A stretch of DNA of 64,000 bases from Marsupella aquatica (taxonomy: Eukaryota; Plantae; Marchantiophyta): contig OZ316896.1 of NCBI GenBank assembly GCA_973895155.1, positions 2,790,001 to 2,854,000 of the forward strand, given 5' to 3'. Below, piece by piece: positions 52,201-64,000 of this stretch. Within the stretch, counting starts at the first letter, position 1. Each line of letters opens with the position of its first letter. The translations under genes and the position numbers were made by a program. The notes beneath the pieces are model-generated. The model saw nothing but the letters and a program-made list of their open reading frames with translations. It ran no database searches and was not told the origin of the DNA.

Positions 52201-55200
52201 GTTCAAGAGAGGAGTTAAAGCCATGGATAAAACAACTACTATAATTAGCAGTCGATTCAACTCCGTTGGTAACACCCCAAGTCTGCAAGGAAAAAGCTTC
52301 AGAGTGAGATGCTGCAACCTAAATGATATTCATTCTTCGAAAAGGTACCATTTAGGAACCAGACACTCTCCTTGAAGGGATATTCAACATCCTCCTCACA
52401 TTACCAACAATGAGTCAGATGCGCGTAATTTGAAAAAGACTTACTGATTGGCAAGTGAGAAAACAACAAAGGCAAACTCTCCTCCTTGCGATAGCAGTAG
52501 CCCAGTTCGCACACTCTCTGGTAGAGTGAGTCCCACTCTTGGCCCAATTGCGGTGATAATAGCTGTCTTGATGGCAATTAGACCCCCCAACAGAGCCAGA
52601 ACATTTGGCCACTCTCGGTAAAGGAGCTGTCAAAGATAGCAACAGTCAGCAAGCTTTCAAAAGCATGGAATAGAAGTCTCACACGATGACTGCAAAACAA
52701 CAACAACAAGATACATACAAGCTATCAACAACTACGACGTACCCGAAGGTCGATGGACGTTCCGGTTGTAACAAAGAAAAGACCAAGAAGCAAACCCCGA
52801 AATGGTCTTATATCTGCCTCCACTTGTGTTCGATAGTTTGTCTCTGCAAGTAATGCTCCGGCTAGGAAAGCTCCCAACTGAAAAAATGAAATCCATCAAT
52901 GAATAACAGAAAATGACAAGCGAGGTGATGGCCAACACCTGCCAGCTCAAAAATTCATCTTTGCATAAGCAAAAACTTGCAACATTAAAGGCTATTCACC
53001 TAAATTGTGCAATCCCGAGTAACAACTACATGACAACGAAAAGACCCCGCATTCTGGCGATTACTTACCGTGTCACTGAAACCAAGTTTCTGGGTAAGAA
53101 GAGACGTTCCCGTTACAGTGAGAAGACAAAGAGCCACAAATGCCTCTGAGCTTCTCGAATTAGCAACCACCTGCCAAAGGATGAGTCACATTTGGAAACA
53201 AAACAGTTTGTCTGAGCAACTATCACAAATAGACAGGTCAAAACCCTCATCAAAACCAAATACAATGGTGAACAATGAGTACCTCAAATAATCTTCGTAG
53301 TAGGAGCCGACCACCAAGAGAGAGTACTCCAAGACCAAGCAGAGCCTTCAAGCTCTCTGCCGCAAGCTTAGGCCACAGTGCTTCATTATTGAGATTCTGC
53401 AGTGCATAAGAAGACTTTAGGTCCTGTACAGATCTGATGAAACCCAGAGCTCACAAATTGCAAACTGCTATCGAACGTCAGCTAACTCATCAAGTTCAAC
53501 AGACGACAATACCAGCTGTGGGATGAAATTTTTGAACAAGGGCTTTGGAACGTAAATGAGCTTTATCACAGTCATACCCCGCTTTCCAATATGGGAAGAA
53601 TTACAAGTAATGGCACCACAGCAATATCCTGAGATTCGGACAAACTCAATGTTAGCATCTTGCGACTTTTATTGCTTCCATTCGTTATCCTGGAAGTGTT
53701 ATGAAAGTCAAGTCAACATAGAATCTTCCTGCTGCTAGTTTCTGGACAATGTTTTGTGCATCTGACCTTATGTGATAAACTGCCTAGTACACCGCGAAGT
53801 CAAAGACTCTCGATTCAATTCCATACTAGGAACCAAGTGCAACATTGATTATTTACGAAGTTCAGTTGTGAGATGCATGCATGAGACTGTTTGCAACTAG
53901 TACACGAATGAAACAGTCGTTCAGTGAAGTGACCAACCTGAAGGAGAAGAATTCCAAGGGTAGCTGAACCGAAGCGAGTTGGAAGCTCACCCTTTTCAGC
54001 CAAAAGCTGCAATGTACAGGCAAAATCATTCAGGATTACATTATATACCAGACTGGAACTCTATGTCACACATAGCTGCGTGGGGCGCACTGTGCCAAGA
54101 AGGATTTCCATCCCACACAAGAGATTCTCACCTGTAAAACAAAGGCTGACGAGGAAAGTGAGAGACCAGCTCCTATGACAACTGCTTCATCTACAGTCCG
54201 AATATTTACCTGCAAGTGTGTCACAGATGTAAATGCACAGTTACGTGAAGCTTGGTGGCAATCTAGGTTCTTCTCAATCTGTTGCAAGTAAAAGAAACTA
54301 TCCTTTGCTCTACAATCCCTTTGCCAAGAACACTCCAATAGCCATCAAGAGTAATTGGTGAAAAACTGCAAGAACCAGGCAACACAAGGTGACTCATCTT
54401 GCAGGAAAACTACCCAAGGGGAAAAAGCCAATGCAATACCCCTCAGTTTGGAAACTCTCATACGGACAATTCAGCTTCTACTACAATATGCTACATGTAA
54501 TTTGTGCTGTCACTTTGAACCAGACATTGAAGATAGGAAATAACCTACGAACCAGATCAGGTCTAGCATGAAAAAAGAATTCCAGAAGCCTTGTGCCGAT
54601 CGCACCATTTGTTGGAAGTTCAAAGGCTGTAAATACCAAAGTAGAAAGGAAGACCTGCAAAAGAGGATATCCATCAGTCTTTGGGGAAGTTCCCAAATCA
54701 ACACTTCACTAGAAATGCGCATTATCTAGCAAGCATACTTTCAAGAGCGTCAACAACTGAGACCATTTCATACATCACCACTCTCCCGAAGGTACGTAAC
54801 GTACCCCCCTGGGCATGCCTGACCAATCTGTACGTCCGAACGCAAATAGCAGCTGTACAGGAACTAAATCTGCTTGATTCAATGCCTAACCTGCATCGTG
54901 AAGTTGCCTAGGAATGGAAAATGAGGCTTACTTTGCGTGCGTCTGATACTCTGAAACCCTAAAATAAGAGAATCGAAACAGGATGCCGTTTGCCATTGAA
55001 ACCTATGTGGTTATTCCGTTAGCTCTCATTTCCTCGTTTTGCTTAATTTCTAACCTGGTACGGATATTGAAGACATTAATTTTCCGGCACAGCAAAAGTT
55101 TACCTCTAAAACCACTGAATCTCGTTCCATTTGACAGAAACAATGAGATCAGAAAAGGACAAAACATATAAAGGTAGAACGGAAGGAATGAAGACCAACC

Positions 55201-56409
55201 TGGGCAAGACCAATACCCAAGGCAAATTTTGCTAACGCTTTTAGGCGAGCTAGGGAGAGCTCCAGTCCCATCTCAAAGAGCTGCATAAAAGCACGTTCAA
55301 AATATACGTTGTCCACTTAAATTACCGAACTGTGGGTTTAGGTGCTTTAGAACGGACGGTATATTTAAATAACGCGGCACTTCAAGAATTCAGGGTAATC
55401 TCAAGTGAGGATCCAACTATCAGATGCTTTGCAGGTCAGCAAGATGGCGAATTTAACTTACAAGAAAAAGTATTCCGAGTTCTGATAAAGCCTTGACATC
55501 CGTAACATTTCGAATCAGACCCAACTGATTGAGCACAACTCCGGAAAGGAGAAACCCTAAGATCTATAATTGTCAGAAACGGCAACCTGTTGTCAGTAAT
55601 ATCGTGCGCATAAAGTAGCAGTACTTAAGGTGTTTATAATCGCTTAGACCGCCGTAGAAATTATGATTTGAAGAGAGATCAAATACAATTGTCCAACAGT
55701 AGATGACTTGTGTTGAGGGAATCTTTGTAAAGTATCAAGCTCGTTGTGCTTAAAAACAATTTTAAAAACATAATTCCCTCTCTCAAAGCACTACAAGTGA
55801 TGTGATTCAAGGAGAAGGAAAAGTTAGCCCAATGCAGACAAAACTTAAAACTCAATCCACCGAAAATTGGCGAAAGGCGATGGACGTTCAAGTTCCGAAG
55901 AGAGAGCGTACCGGACTAGCTTTCATCGCTTTGAAGGCAGGGACAACTAGAACAGTGGCTGCAAGGAAGGTCAGTGAATCCAGCCCTAGATTACTGATAA
56001 TATCCATTCCTCCTGCCAGCTCCACAGATGCTTTTGTAACCACAAATCTGCGAATCCGAGTTTGTCCGGGTTTGGCCGCCATAGAGTACCTATTTTTTGA
56101 CCACCTCTGATCTTCCAGATTCTGCAAGAAACTACCTTGAAGGGATATCCTTCGAGTTCGCCCATCGCCATGCACCCTCCGGTTGGCAAGCGCCAAATTA
56201 CTTCTAACAGATTGGGCCGTAGATATCCTACAGAATCTATAACACTGTCCAGACAACCCAGCTAAATATCCACCAGGTCTTGTGTCAGGGGTATATAATG
56301 AATGATTCTTTCCTTGAGCACTCCCTTGCGATAATGTAGGTCCCCGCATCAACTCCTGCATCACCTCAAACACATGGAATACAGCATGAAGACCAGCGCA
56401 ATCTCCCAT
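49268..56409 (-). CDS. KEA3: Thylakoid K+ efflux antiporter 3 (CPA2 family with C-terminal KTN/RCK domain); multi-exon
   Basis: Transit-peptide-like N-terminus followed by [117 protein letters not shown]; start ATG at 56409 is inferred. Confidence 0.93.
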
Positions 56410-57026
56410 ATAACAACAAACCAGCCTCATTTGACACAAATCAGTGGACCAAATCAGTGTGCCATTGGGATCGAGTGAATTTTCATGGGAGACTTGTCCA
56501 AAAGCGCACGCTATCAAGCACTTCCCCTGCTTCACTCTGGTCTAGGGACTGTGGCGACACCACGATTCATACCATTTGCAAAAGCAGAGTCCAATTCGGG
56601 CAAAGTCTCCGTTGACTGTGGATGCTTGCTCTCCCTCGACGGCATTAATTGCATTAATTGAAGAGCTCTAGCTTCTTAACTTCGTACAGGCCATTCAATT
56701 CCCCAGAACGTTCGGCTACACCATCTTTTTCTCGCCAATTGGAAAACTTATAGCTTCTACCGTGCAGCAGGCCACTAAACCATCTCTCTCGTTGTATCCG
56801 AATTCGATATAGAACCAGAGCTCTTCATGGCTCCGGCCAGAGCTTGGCAGCAACAGTAAGCAAGGCAGAATACGATAGGAGCGACCGGAATAATTATGCT
56901 GTCTTACTCATTCTCTTCTCCGTAATTCCCCAATCGCCCAGCGTGGCTAGCTCACTGCCTTCCTGTTTCTCTTCCCTTTCCGCACCGGCCAACGTCATTC
57001 TCATATCCAAGTACTCATCACTTCGA

Positions 57027-57029
<3 letters not shown>

Positions 57030-57062
<33 letters not shown>
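57030..57062. repeat. (CT)n microsatellite in the KEA3 leader/promoter region
   Basis: Directly visible. Confidence 0.95.
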
Positions 57063-57066
<4 letters not shown>

Positions 57067-60000
57067 CTCACTTCGCCATGGCGCAAGTCAAGGAATCTAA
57101 GAATAAAGAGCGATGTTAACCTTTATCCAGAAAAAGATGTGTCCCAAAATAACCATCGGTTCACAGACACCATCCGTCCACGTAGACCACCTGCCCATCG
57201 AGCAACCGCCGGTCCGTCACAAAACCCAACACTGCCCGAGAACCACCAGCGGAGGACGAGAGTACCCATCAGTCACACGAGAAAGAACTTCCATAGAAGA
57301 ACAATGGTCCACCGTGGGACACGAGAGGGCGATCGTTCGATAAGAACATCGATGCAATGAGACCCGGAGGAGGAACAGAGCGAGGAGGCAAGAACATGCT
57401 TGCAAACGAGGTTACAGTGACATTTTGTTGTGTCCCTTGACACAGAAGAAGGAGAACGTCTGCTGCTTGAGGAGAGACAAGTGTACCGGTGAACTCCTCC
57501 TGGCCAGAAGAAGTGGATGGCATTATGGCAAGGGTAGACGAGCAGAGCCACACTCATCCTGGTCCCTCACTACAGATTTTCTTTTCAATTCATCACGCTG
57601 ACTGTTCGTGAGAAATTCATGCATTAGCTCCCCTTGGGTCCCACTTGTTAGAAGCTGCCCACATTCATTGACGTGTTGGTTGTAAGGAAGTAATAATAAT
57701 CTATAGTGTATTAGTATCTAGTAGGGGGTTTCAAATCTCACTATTTCATGGACCTTTAACTTAGTTGCTAAGATATTATATATATATATATGGACAGAAA
57801 AATTATGCACTACCAAATTCATAAGAAGGATTGGTCATTGACCAAATTGTAATTTTTTTGGAGTTAGCAACGCGCCATATCGATCAAAATGTGTTTCCAA
57901 CAAAGGTGATACTTTAAAGTTATCCGCAATGTGAGTGATTAAGGGCGACTGGTCGTGACTTGTACCTAAATTAAAGGGTGAGTTAACTTAAATGGAAACT
58001 TCAAGTACTCAGGGGCGAGAAACAGGGTGAATCCCGTTTTTTGTCCTTCCAACAGTGTCGGGCCCTTCTCACCGCGAGTTAGTGTCAGCCGCGAGTTAGT
58101 GCCAGCCGTGAGTTAGTGCCAGGACGTTCTGCTCTTTCCTGCCCAGGCCCATCGTGCCTCCAATGTTGCATCGTGCCTTCCTGCTCAGGCCCGACATTGC
58201 TCAAGCCCTCCATAGCTTCAAGCTGCTGATCGAGCACTGCCTAGCTTCCTTGCCTCCATTGCTCCACACTGCATCGTGCCCCTGATTGTGCCTCCATCGC
58301 TGCTGCTCAGGCCCGACATTGCCCAGCCCTCCATAGCTTCGAGCTGCTGAGCACTGCAGCCCAGCTTTGGTTCCTCCATCGCTCCATCCTTGCCTCCATC
58401 GGGTATCTTCTAACTCAAGTGGGAGGTTAACTCTCTTAACTCACCTGCTTATTTACTTAACTCAGTTCTTACAAGGGAACTTTAGGAGAGTTTAAAGAAA
58501 CTCACTTAAAAGACCAAATAGGGACTCTGGCCTTGAGTTTGGCCCCTTTACATTAAGGATAACTTTATTGTATTTTCGTTATCTTGTGGGGGAATGTACC
58601 TTGTCTGTACTTCCTCAGCTCTACAATCATGTGGGGAATGTACCTTGCCTATACTGCAACACCGTGCTCGCCAGTGTAAGTGCCTTGCAAGTGTACTGCT
58701 ATGGTAGTTGGGGTGATATATCCCCTTAAGTGTGTAGGTTTATTGAGATAGTTACGTGAGCAAGAGACCATGCTTATAAGCCTGCAAGGAAGTCTATGTC
58801 TGATCAAACGGTTAAAGAAATCCAGTTCCTCAATTGACGGCCATAAGTTTCTTGCGCATTTTGTAATTTTCCTAGGCAGATGATGATGGGAAAATGGTGG
58901 GATCGAGCATTAATATCGTGGTTGCTCCTAGAAATTCTTAACACGTCTACAAACTAGGCCCTAAAACTCCCTTTTGTACACCTTACTACTAATTCGCAAA
59001 CAAAAGCTAGAGTTGAAGTCTAGGCTTCTAGAGTGAAGCCTCTAGACCGTAACTCTAGGGCCCCACCAAATGTATGTCAATGGAGAACAAAATGGGATGT
59101 ATGGTATGTTAAAATGATGCTCATGCATGCTGATTTTTTTATCACTCTATTGTCATACAAAGAATGGACATTCAGGCTCATGGAATGAAGAAAAACATTA
59201 CATGTTCTCTCTGTTCTTAAAAGAGTAGTTGGTCAGGTGAATGGTAGACCTTGAACAAAAGGAGAGTCTTCCTGTGCCTGCTTGCCAATTGGCATGGTGA
59301 CATCCCCCATTGTAGTGAGTAGTCCACTGAAAATTTAGCATAGAGTACTCTTATTGCACTTAACGGCAACTTTCAACTATTGTAGTTGATGTGAGGGACT
59401 GTGTAACACTTGGTTAATTGCCAAAAAAATGCAAACATGGACCTTTCGACAATACCCTATTTTGCTCCAGAGATTGGAACCTTTTGAATTGGCAAAATTA
59501 ATATGGGAATTTAACAGCCTTCTCTCATTTCCAAACTTGCTGGACGAAATATTATTGCCACAAGCAGCACCATTTAATTTTTTACATGTAATATATATAT
59601 ATATATATATATAGCTTGCAGAAAAACTATTGGGGAGGTAAACGTTTTGATCAGATCCAATGGGGAACTCAGGCTAGTGCGTTCAAATAGATCTCACTAG
59701 GTAGTAGGACCCAAGCAAAGGGGCATGCCTGTAGGTTACCAAACAGAATCATGATGTGGCTTCTGGGTCCACTTTGGTCATCTAATAGTGGATTGGAAGT
59801 GTGTAGAACAATAGTGCTGAGCAACAAACTAGAGGAAATCCCAGGAGCCATGAGGCTGGTCAGGAATCCAAACTGAAAACAGTCCCGTACAGTACCTTAA
59901 CTGTGCAATATTGAATATTATCCAAATCACTTGAGCAGCCAAGTTGGGTCTTGTAATTTATTACTCTGCACATCAACAAAAGAAATAATGAGCCCTCGAG

Positions 60001-61134
60001 AGAAAATGGCTTGAGACGAGGCCCTTTAAAAAAAATTTAAAAAGGGATTTCTGCCTTCTTCTCGCCTCCATTGCTGGATCGAGGCGAGGCCCCTTCTTTT
60101 AAAAGAGACTTCCACCCCCCTCTTCTCGCTTCCATCCCTGGCTCGAGGCAAGGCCCCTTCCATTGAAAGGGAGTTCCGCCCTCCTCTTCTCGTTTCCTTC
60201 TGTCCGTTCAGTAACATGTCATTTTGCTGGTGCCCTGAGGGGTCATTATTTTAGTCAGGCAGCAAACTATGAACCCAAAACCTCTCTAGCAATGTGCAAT
60301 CTTCATGTTGCAGAGTATGAGGAGTACTGAGGGCTCAGGGTACAGGACTGGTCAGACTCCCCATGTCCAAGCCCTCATACTGTAAGATTCTACTGGATAA
60401 CTGCATGAAACTGCTTCACATAATTCTTTGCTGCAATTATCAATAAATCATTCTTATGTATGTGTTGCACTAATTGATAAATGCATGTGTACTCTTCTGG
60501 GTGCAAATACACTAATGTATTGGTCTTCTAGTGAGGGTCTACCTGCACTTATGAAAACTGCATTTTTTAAGAAATAAATTGTTGTAATATTAGGAGACGA
60601 CATGGCCTGCCTGCGCTTAACTATGGAATGCACTTATGTGCAACTTAGTTTTACTACAAAGGACAAAGCAAAATAGGATAGGTAAAAAGCAAGCAAATAA
60701 ACACTAAAAAATAGAGCAACAGTGACAACCACACTTTATCATGGAATGCACTTACACAGGGTGCACTTAAGCAAGGCAGATTCTATTGTATCATACAAGC
60801 CAAACAAAGTACATTGGAGTAAAAGCAAACAAAGAGTACAAACACAACAAATAGAGAGCAAGGTGAGTAGGTGACAACCACGGGATGGAGTTATCACAGA
60901 TAGTAGACAGTATCATGAATGGCCAAACAGCCTACAACGAAGTGAGCAAACAAAGAGTACAAACATGAGCAAAGGTGACGTGTGTGCCTTTTTTTCATTT
61001 TCTTGTGAGATGCTGATTCTCACAAGGGAGCCTATCCATAACTTCATGCCTATGATGGTTTGTGGCATGGAAAGATTATGTTCGATTTTCTATGGAACAT
61101 TTTGTGTCATGCAAAGGATATGTTGACTTGCTGC

Positions 61135-61242
61135 CAACTCAAACATACTCCAGGGAAACCAGGACTTCTGGGGCCACAGGACCACTCCCAACTAAAACAC
61201 ACTCCAGAGAAACCAGGACTTGTGGGGCCACAGGACCACTCC
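61135..61242. repeat. Tandem duplication of about 54 bp
   Basis: actccag(g/a)gaaaccaggactt(c/g)tggggccacaggaccactcc occurs twice. Confidence 0.85.
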
Positions 61243-61758
61243 TGTGTGGTCTTCTTCCTGATATCTAAGTATAGCATAATGACTGCCGCAGTAGGGGGTT
61301 TACTAGGCTGCATGTAACTCTTTGACCTAGAAGTGAAGAAAATTTGATCTGCAAGGCAAGAAAAATTTTCCAAGCATTCTAGATTCAGACCCTCAGGCCA
61401 GACCATTTGTATATTAAGTGAATACAATATAAAGCACAGGTAACTGGTGTGTAACCATTTCTGGAGATCCTTGTTATTACTATAATCTATTGCCCGGAAA
61501 CTTGTGATAGGTAACTAGTTTACGGGCAATATTTTCTCATGATTTGAGATGTGTCTTTCAATCTTCTTTCTTGGGCATTTTCACTGGTCGCAGGAATGCC
61601 CAGCGAGGGATGAAGTTAGCATGACCAGCTCTATAGACCAACTTTTCTATCTCTGCAAAATTAAACCCACCAGAAGTTGTCTTTTGTGCACCAGAGCTTA
61701 CTTTTCTATCTTTGCAAAATTAAAACCCTGGAGCCTAGCCCACCATGAGTTTTGAGTA

Positions 61759-61990
61759 CCAGAACTGACAAGTTTGGGCACCCAGGAGTATTGCCTGCCC
61801 ATCCTTTCCCAAAGACCATAAACAACAGACCAACCCATTGTGAGACATCTGGACCACAAATGGGATTATCCTATGTGCAAGTCAAAGCACTCCCCAGAAC
61901 TGACAAGTTTGGGCATTGCCCACCCATCCTTTCCCAACTACCATAAACAACACACACCAACCCATTGTGAGACATCTGGACCACAAATGT
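61759..61990. repeat. Tandem duplication with a period of about 135 bp
   Basis: ccagaactgacaagtttgggca...accaacccattgtgagacatctggaccacaaatg occurs twice. Confidence 0.85.
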
Positions 61991-62554
61991 GATTAATGTG
62001 CATGTTAAAGCACCTCCATAAGCAAGGTCTTCTGGCAGTGACTTACCACAAATGTGATTAACCTTTAGTATGATTGATCTTTAGGGGCACATATTTAGGT
62101 AGCCTGTAAAGTTTTTGTCATTGTCAGTACTGGACCTAGTTTGACACCCCCGTTGTGACAATGGACCATCCCACTACATTGCACTATGCTCACCGGTTGC
62201 AATCAATCATGACTAAATTCTCCACCATTTAAACTTTTCATGCATTACCAATACTCACTGCTCCTGAGTTCACCAGCTCGCTACTCACGCATTGACCCAG
62301 CTGTGAATGGGGCCAACACTCAATTCAACCCGCAACTCATGGATTAGCCGACTTGTAAACAACTGGACCACACCTCACTACTCATGCATTTATCGAGTTG
62401 AGAATGGCACCACCTTTAATTCAACTTGCTACTAATGCATTAGGGCATGTCAAAGCAAGGCTGCAACTCAGCCACCTTTCAATTCAACTCACTACTAATG
62501 CATTAGGGCGTGTCAAAGCAAGGCTGTAACTCAGTTACAACTCAGAACATAAAC

Positions 62555-63030
62555 TGTTTATATGGCCAAGACAAAATCATTATGGGAGACCAAAATATGT
62601 ACCCCATAAGTATTTTACCTCCAAACATTGTTTTTACTGCCCAAAGACACAGACAAAATCGAAATGGGAGACCAAAACATATACCCCATAAATATTTTAC
62701 ATACAAACATTGTTTTTTCGGCCAAGACAAAATTGGCTTTATGGCCAAGACAAAATCAGTGAGGGAGACCCAAATATGTTCCCCATACGCATTTTACATC
62801 CAAAAACATTGTTTTTAAGGCCAAGACAAAATTGGCTTTATGGCCAAGACAAAATCAGTTTTACATCCAAACATTGTTTTTAAGGCCAAGACAAAATTGT
62901 TTTTATGGCCAAGACAAAATTGTTTTTATGGCCAAGACAAAATTGTTTCTATAGCCAAGACGAAATTGTTTTTATGGCCAAGACAAAATGAGTGAAGGAG
63001 ACCCAAATATGTACCCCATAAGCATTTTCC
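62555..63030. repeat. Minisatellite-like array built on tttatggccaagacaaaat(t/c), core about 22 bp, with higher-order units
   Basis: About 10 copies of gccaagac(a/g)aaa interleaved with gagacc(c/a)aaa(t/c)at...ccccata units. Confidence 0.85.
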
Positions 63031-64000
63031 GTCCAAACATACACATTAGACTAACTTTCACACGCCCTAATTACCCTAGTTACCCAGTTGTGAATGGCAG
63101 GACCACTGATGTGCTCGGAGAATCTCGTGCTCCATGATGGTAATGGCCGAGTCTCTCCCGACTCTCGTCCAAATTGAAGAACACTGTTCTGCACGAGTGT
63201 CAAACAGGTCAATAACAAAACCTGTAGCAGGCACGCTTGTTCGTCGTGCAGACCATCGAGGGACATTACTACTGCGATGTACAGTCGTGTGTTGCGGTCT
63301 ACGCTTGAGAGAACCCAACAGAGCGTTTATTTTTTCCCCCTGAAATTGAATAGAACGAACTCTCGGTCTTGCTTGAGAACCTTGTAAAGCAATTTCAGGG
63401 GGAGAGAATAAACGCAGGACGACCAAGAAAACCTTCTCAAGCAAAATTTCGCCGGAACACCAGAAATAACGTTCTCAGAAAGCGGACACGAAGAAGCACC
63501 GTCTCCTCAAAGATTTTGAACATGTTTTGAGAAAAAATCGACGAGGTGGATACTTGTCTTCATCCATAACTTCGTCCCTAATAATTGCCCCGATTACAGA
63601 TAAAGGTTTGGATTCTAACCCATGAAAGCTATATGTTCCCTAGTGCTCGACTTTGCATGCAAACCAGAGCGATTTGCCTACAACGTTCACAATATGCGAT
63701 CAAGCGGTCTAATTGATGGTGTCGTTTTGGGATGACACACAACCAACGCTCTCTGTATTATGGCCTGTTAGTCCATGTGCAGGACGTCAGGACATAATTT
63801 CGTTTCGCACCTCAATTTCTATGACTGAGTAACTGATGAATAAATGATGAATGGTCTTCAGTGGCGAAGGGGACTCCTTCGGCCCAATCCAATCCACCGG
63901 ACCACAAGGAGGCCTCTAGCTCCATCAATCTAAACTCATCAGATCTGATTGAGTAGGAAATTTGACCATCTCTAGGAATGATTCTATGCATACGAGTGCC

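Noticed and set aside
54595-54612. KEA3 exon as a target of the hairpin 3' arm (shared tggtgcgat)
   Set aside because: Only 9 nt of complementarity, far below plant miRNA target requirements
57078-57119. Short + strand ORF MAQVKESKNKERC after the CT repeat, as a divergent gene
   Set aside because: 13 codons with no downstream exons or recognisable homology; the region is more simply the KEA3 leader/promoter
57976-58446. Possible MITE bounded by ggtgagttaa/ttaactcacc with internal GC-rich repeats
   Set aside because: Only a 10-bp inverted match and no TSD; it is probably repeat-derived but the boundaries cannot be supported

Overview
This is land-plant nuclear DNA, probably a bryophyte or liverwort; that assignment is an inference from intron style and long leaders, not a database result. 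It holds three intron-rich protein genes: a phytepsin-type aspartic protease (26866-30618, -), a replication factor C small subunit (41971-45625, +) and a thylakoid K+/H+ antiporter KEA3 (49268-56409, -). It also holds an intact tRNA-Pro(UGG), a decayed tRNA-Cys-like gene, a full-length but coding-disabled Ty1/copia LTR retrotransposon (33114-39954), a complete non-autonomous Helitron, and several foldback, MITE-like and tandem repeats. Two signals stand out. (1) The first 20 kb has no credible protein gene but contains two divergently oriented paralogous non-coding units with conserved promoters. Each carries a miRNA-like hairpin whose 5' arm lies in a 43-nt block identical between the copies; I do not recognise it as a conserved miRNA family. 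(2) The phytepsin gene has two tandem, same-phase homologous exons in its saposin-like plant-specific insert, separated by only 54 nt. This is the signature of mutually exclusive exons, a splicing mode that is rare in plants. All alignments, foldings and splice models were done by eye, and repeat boundaries are approximate.
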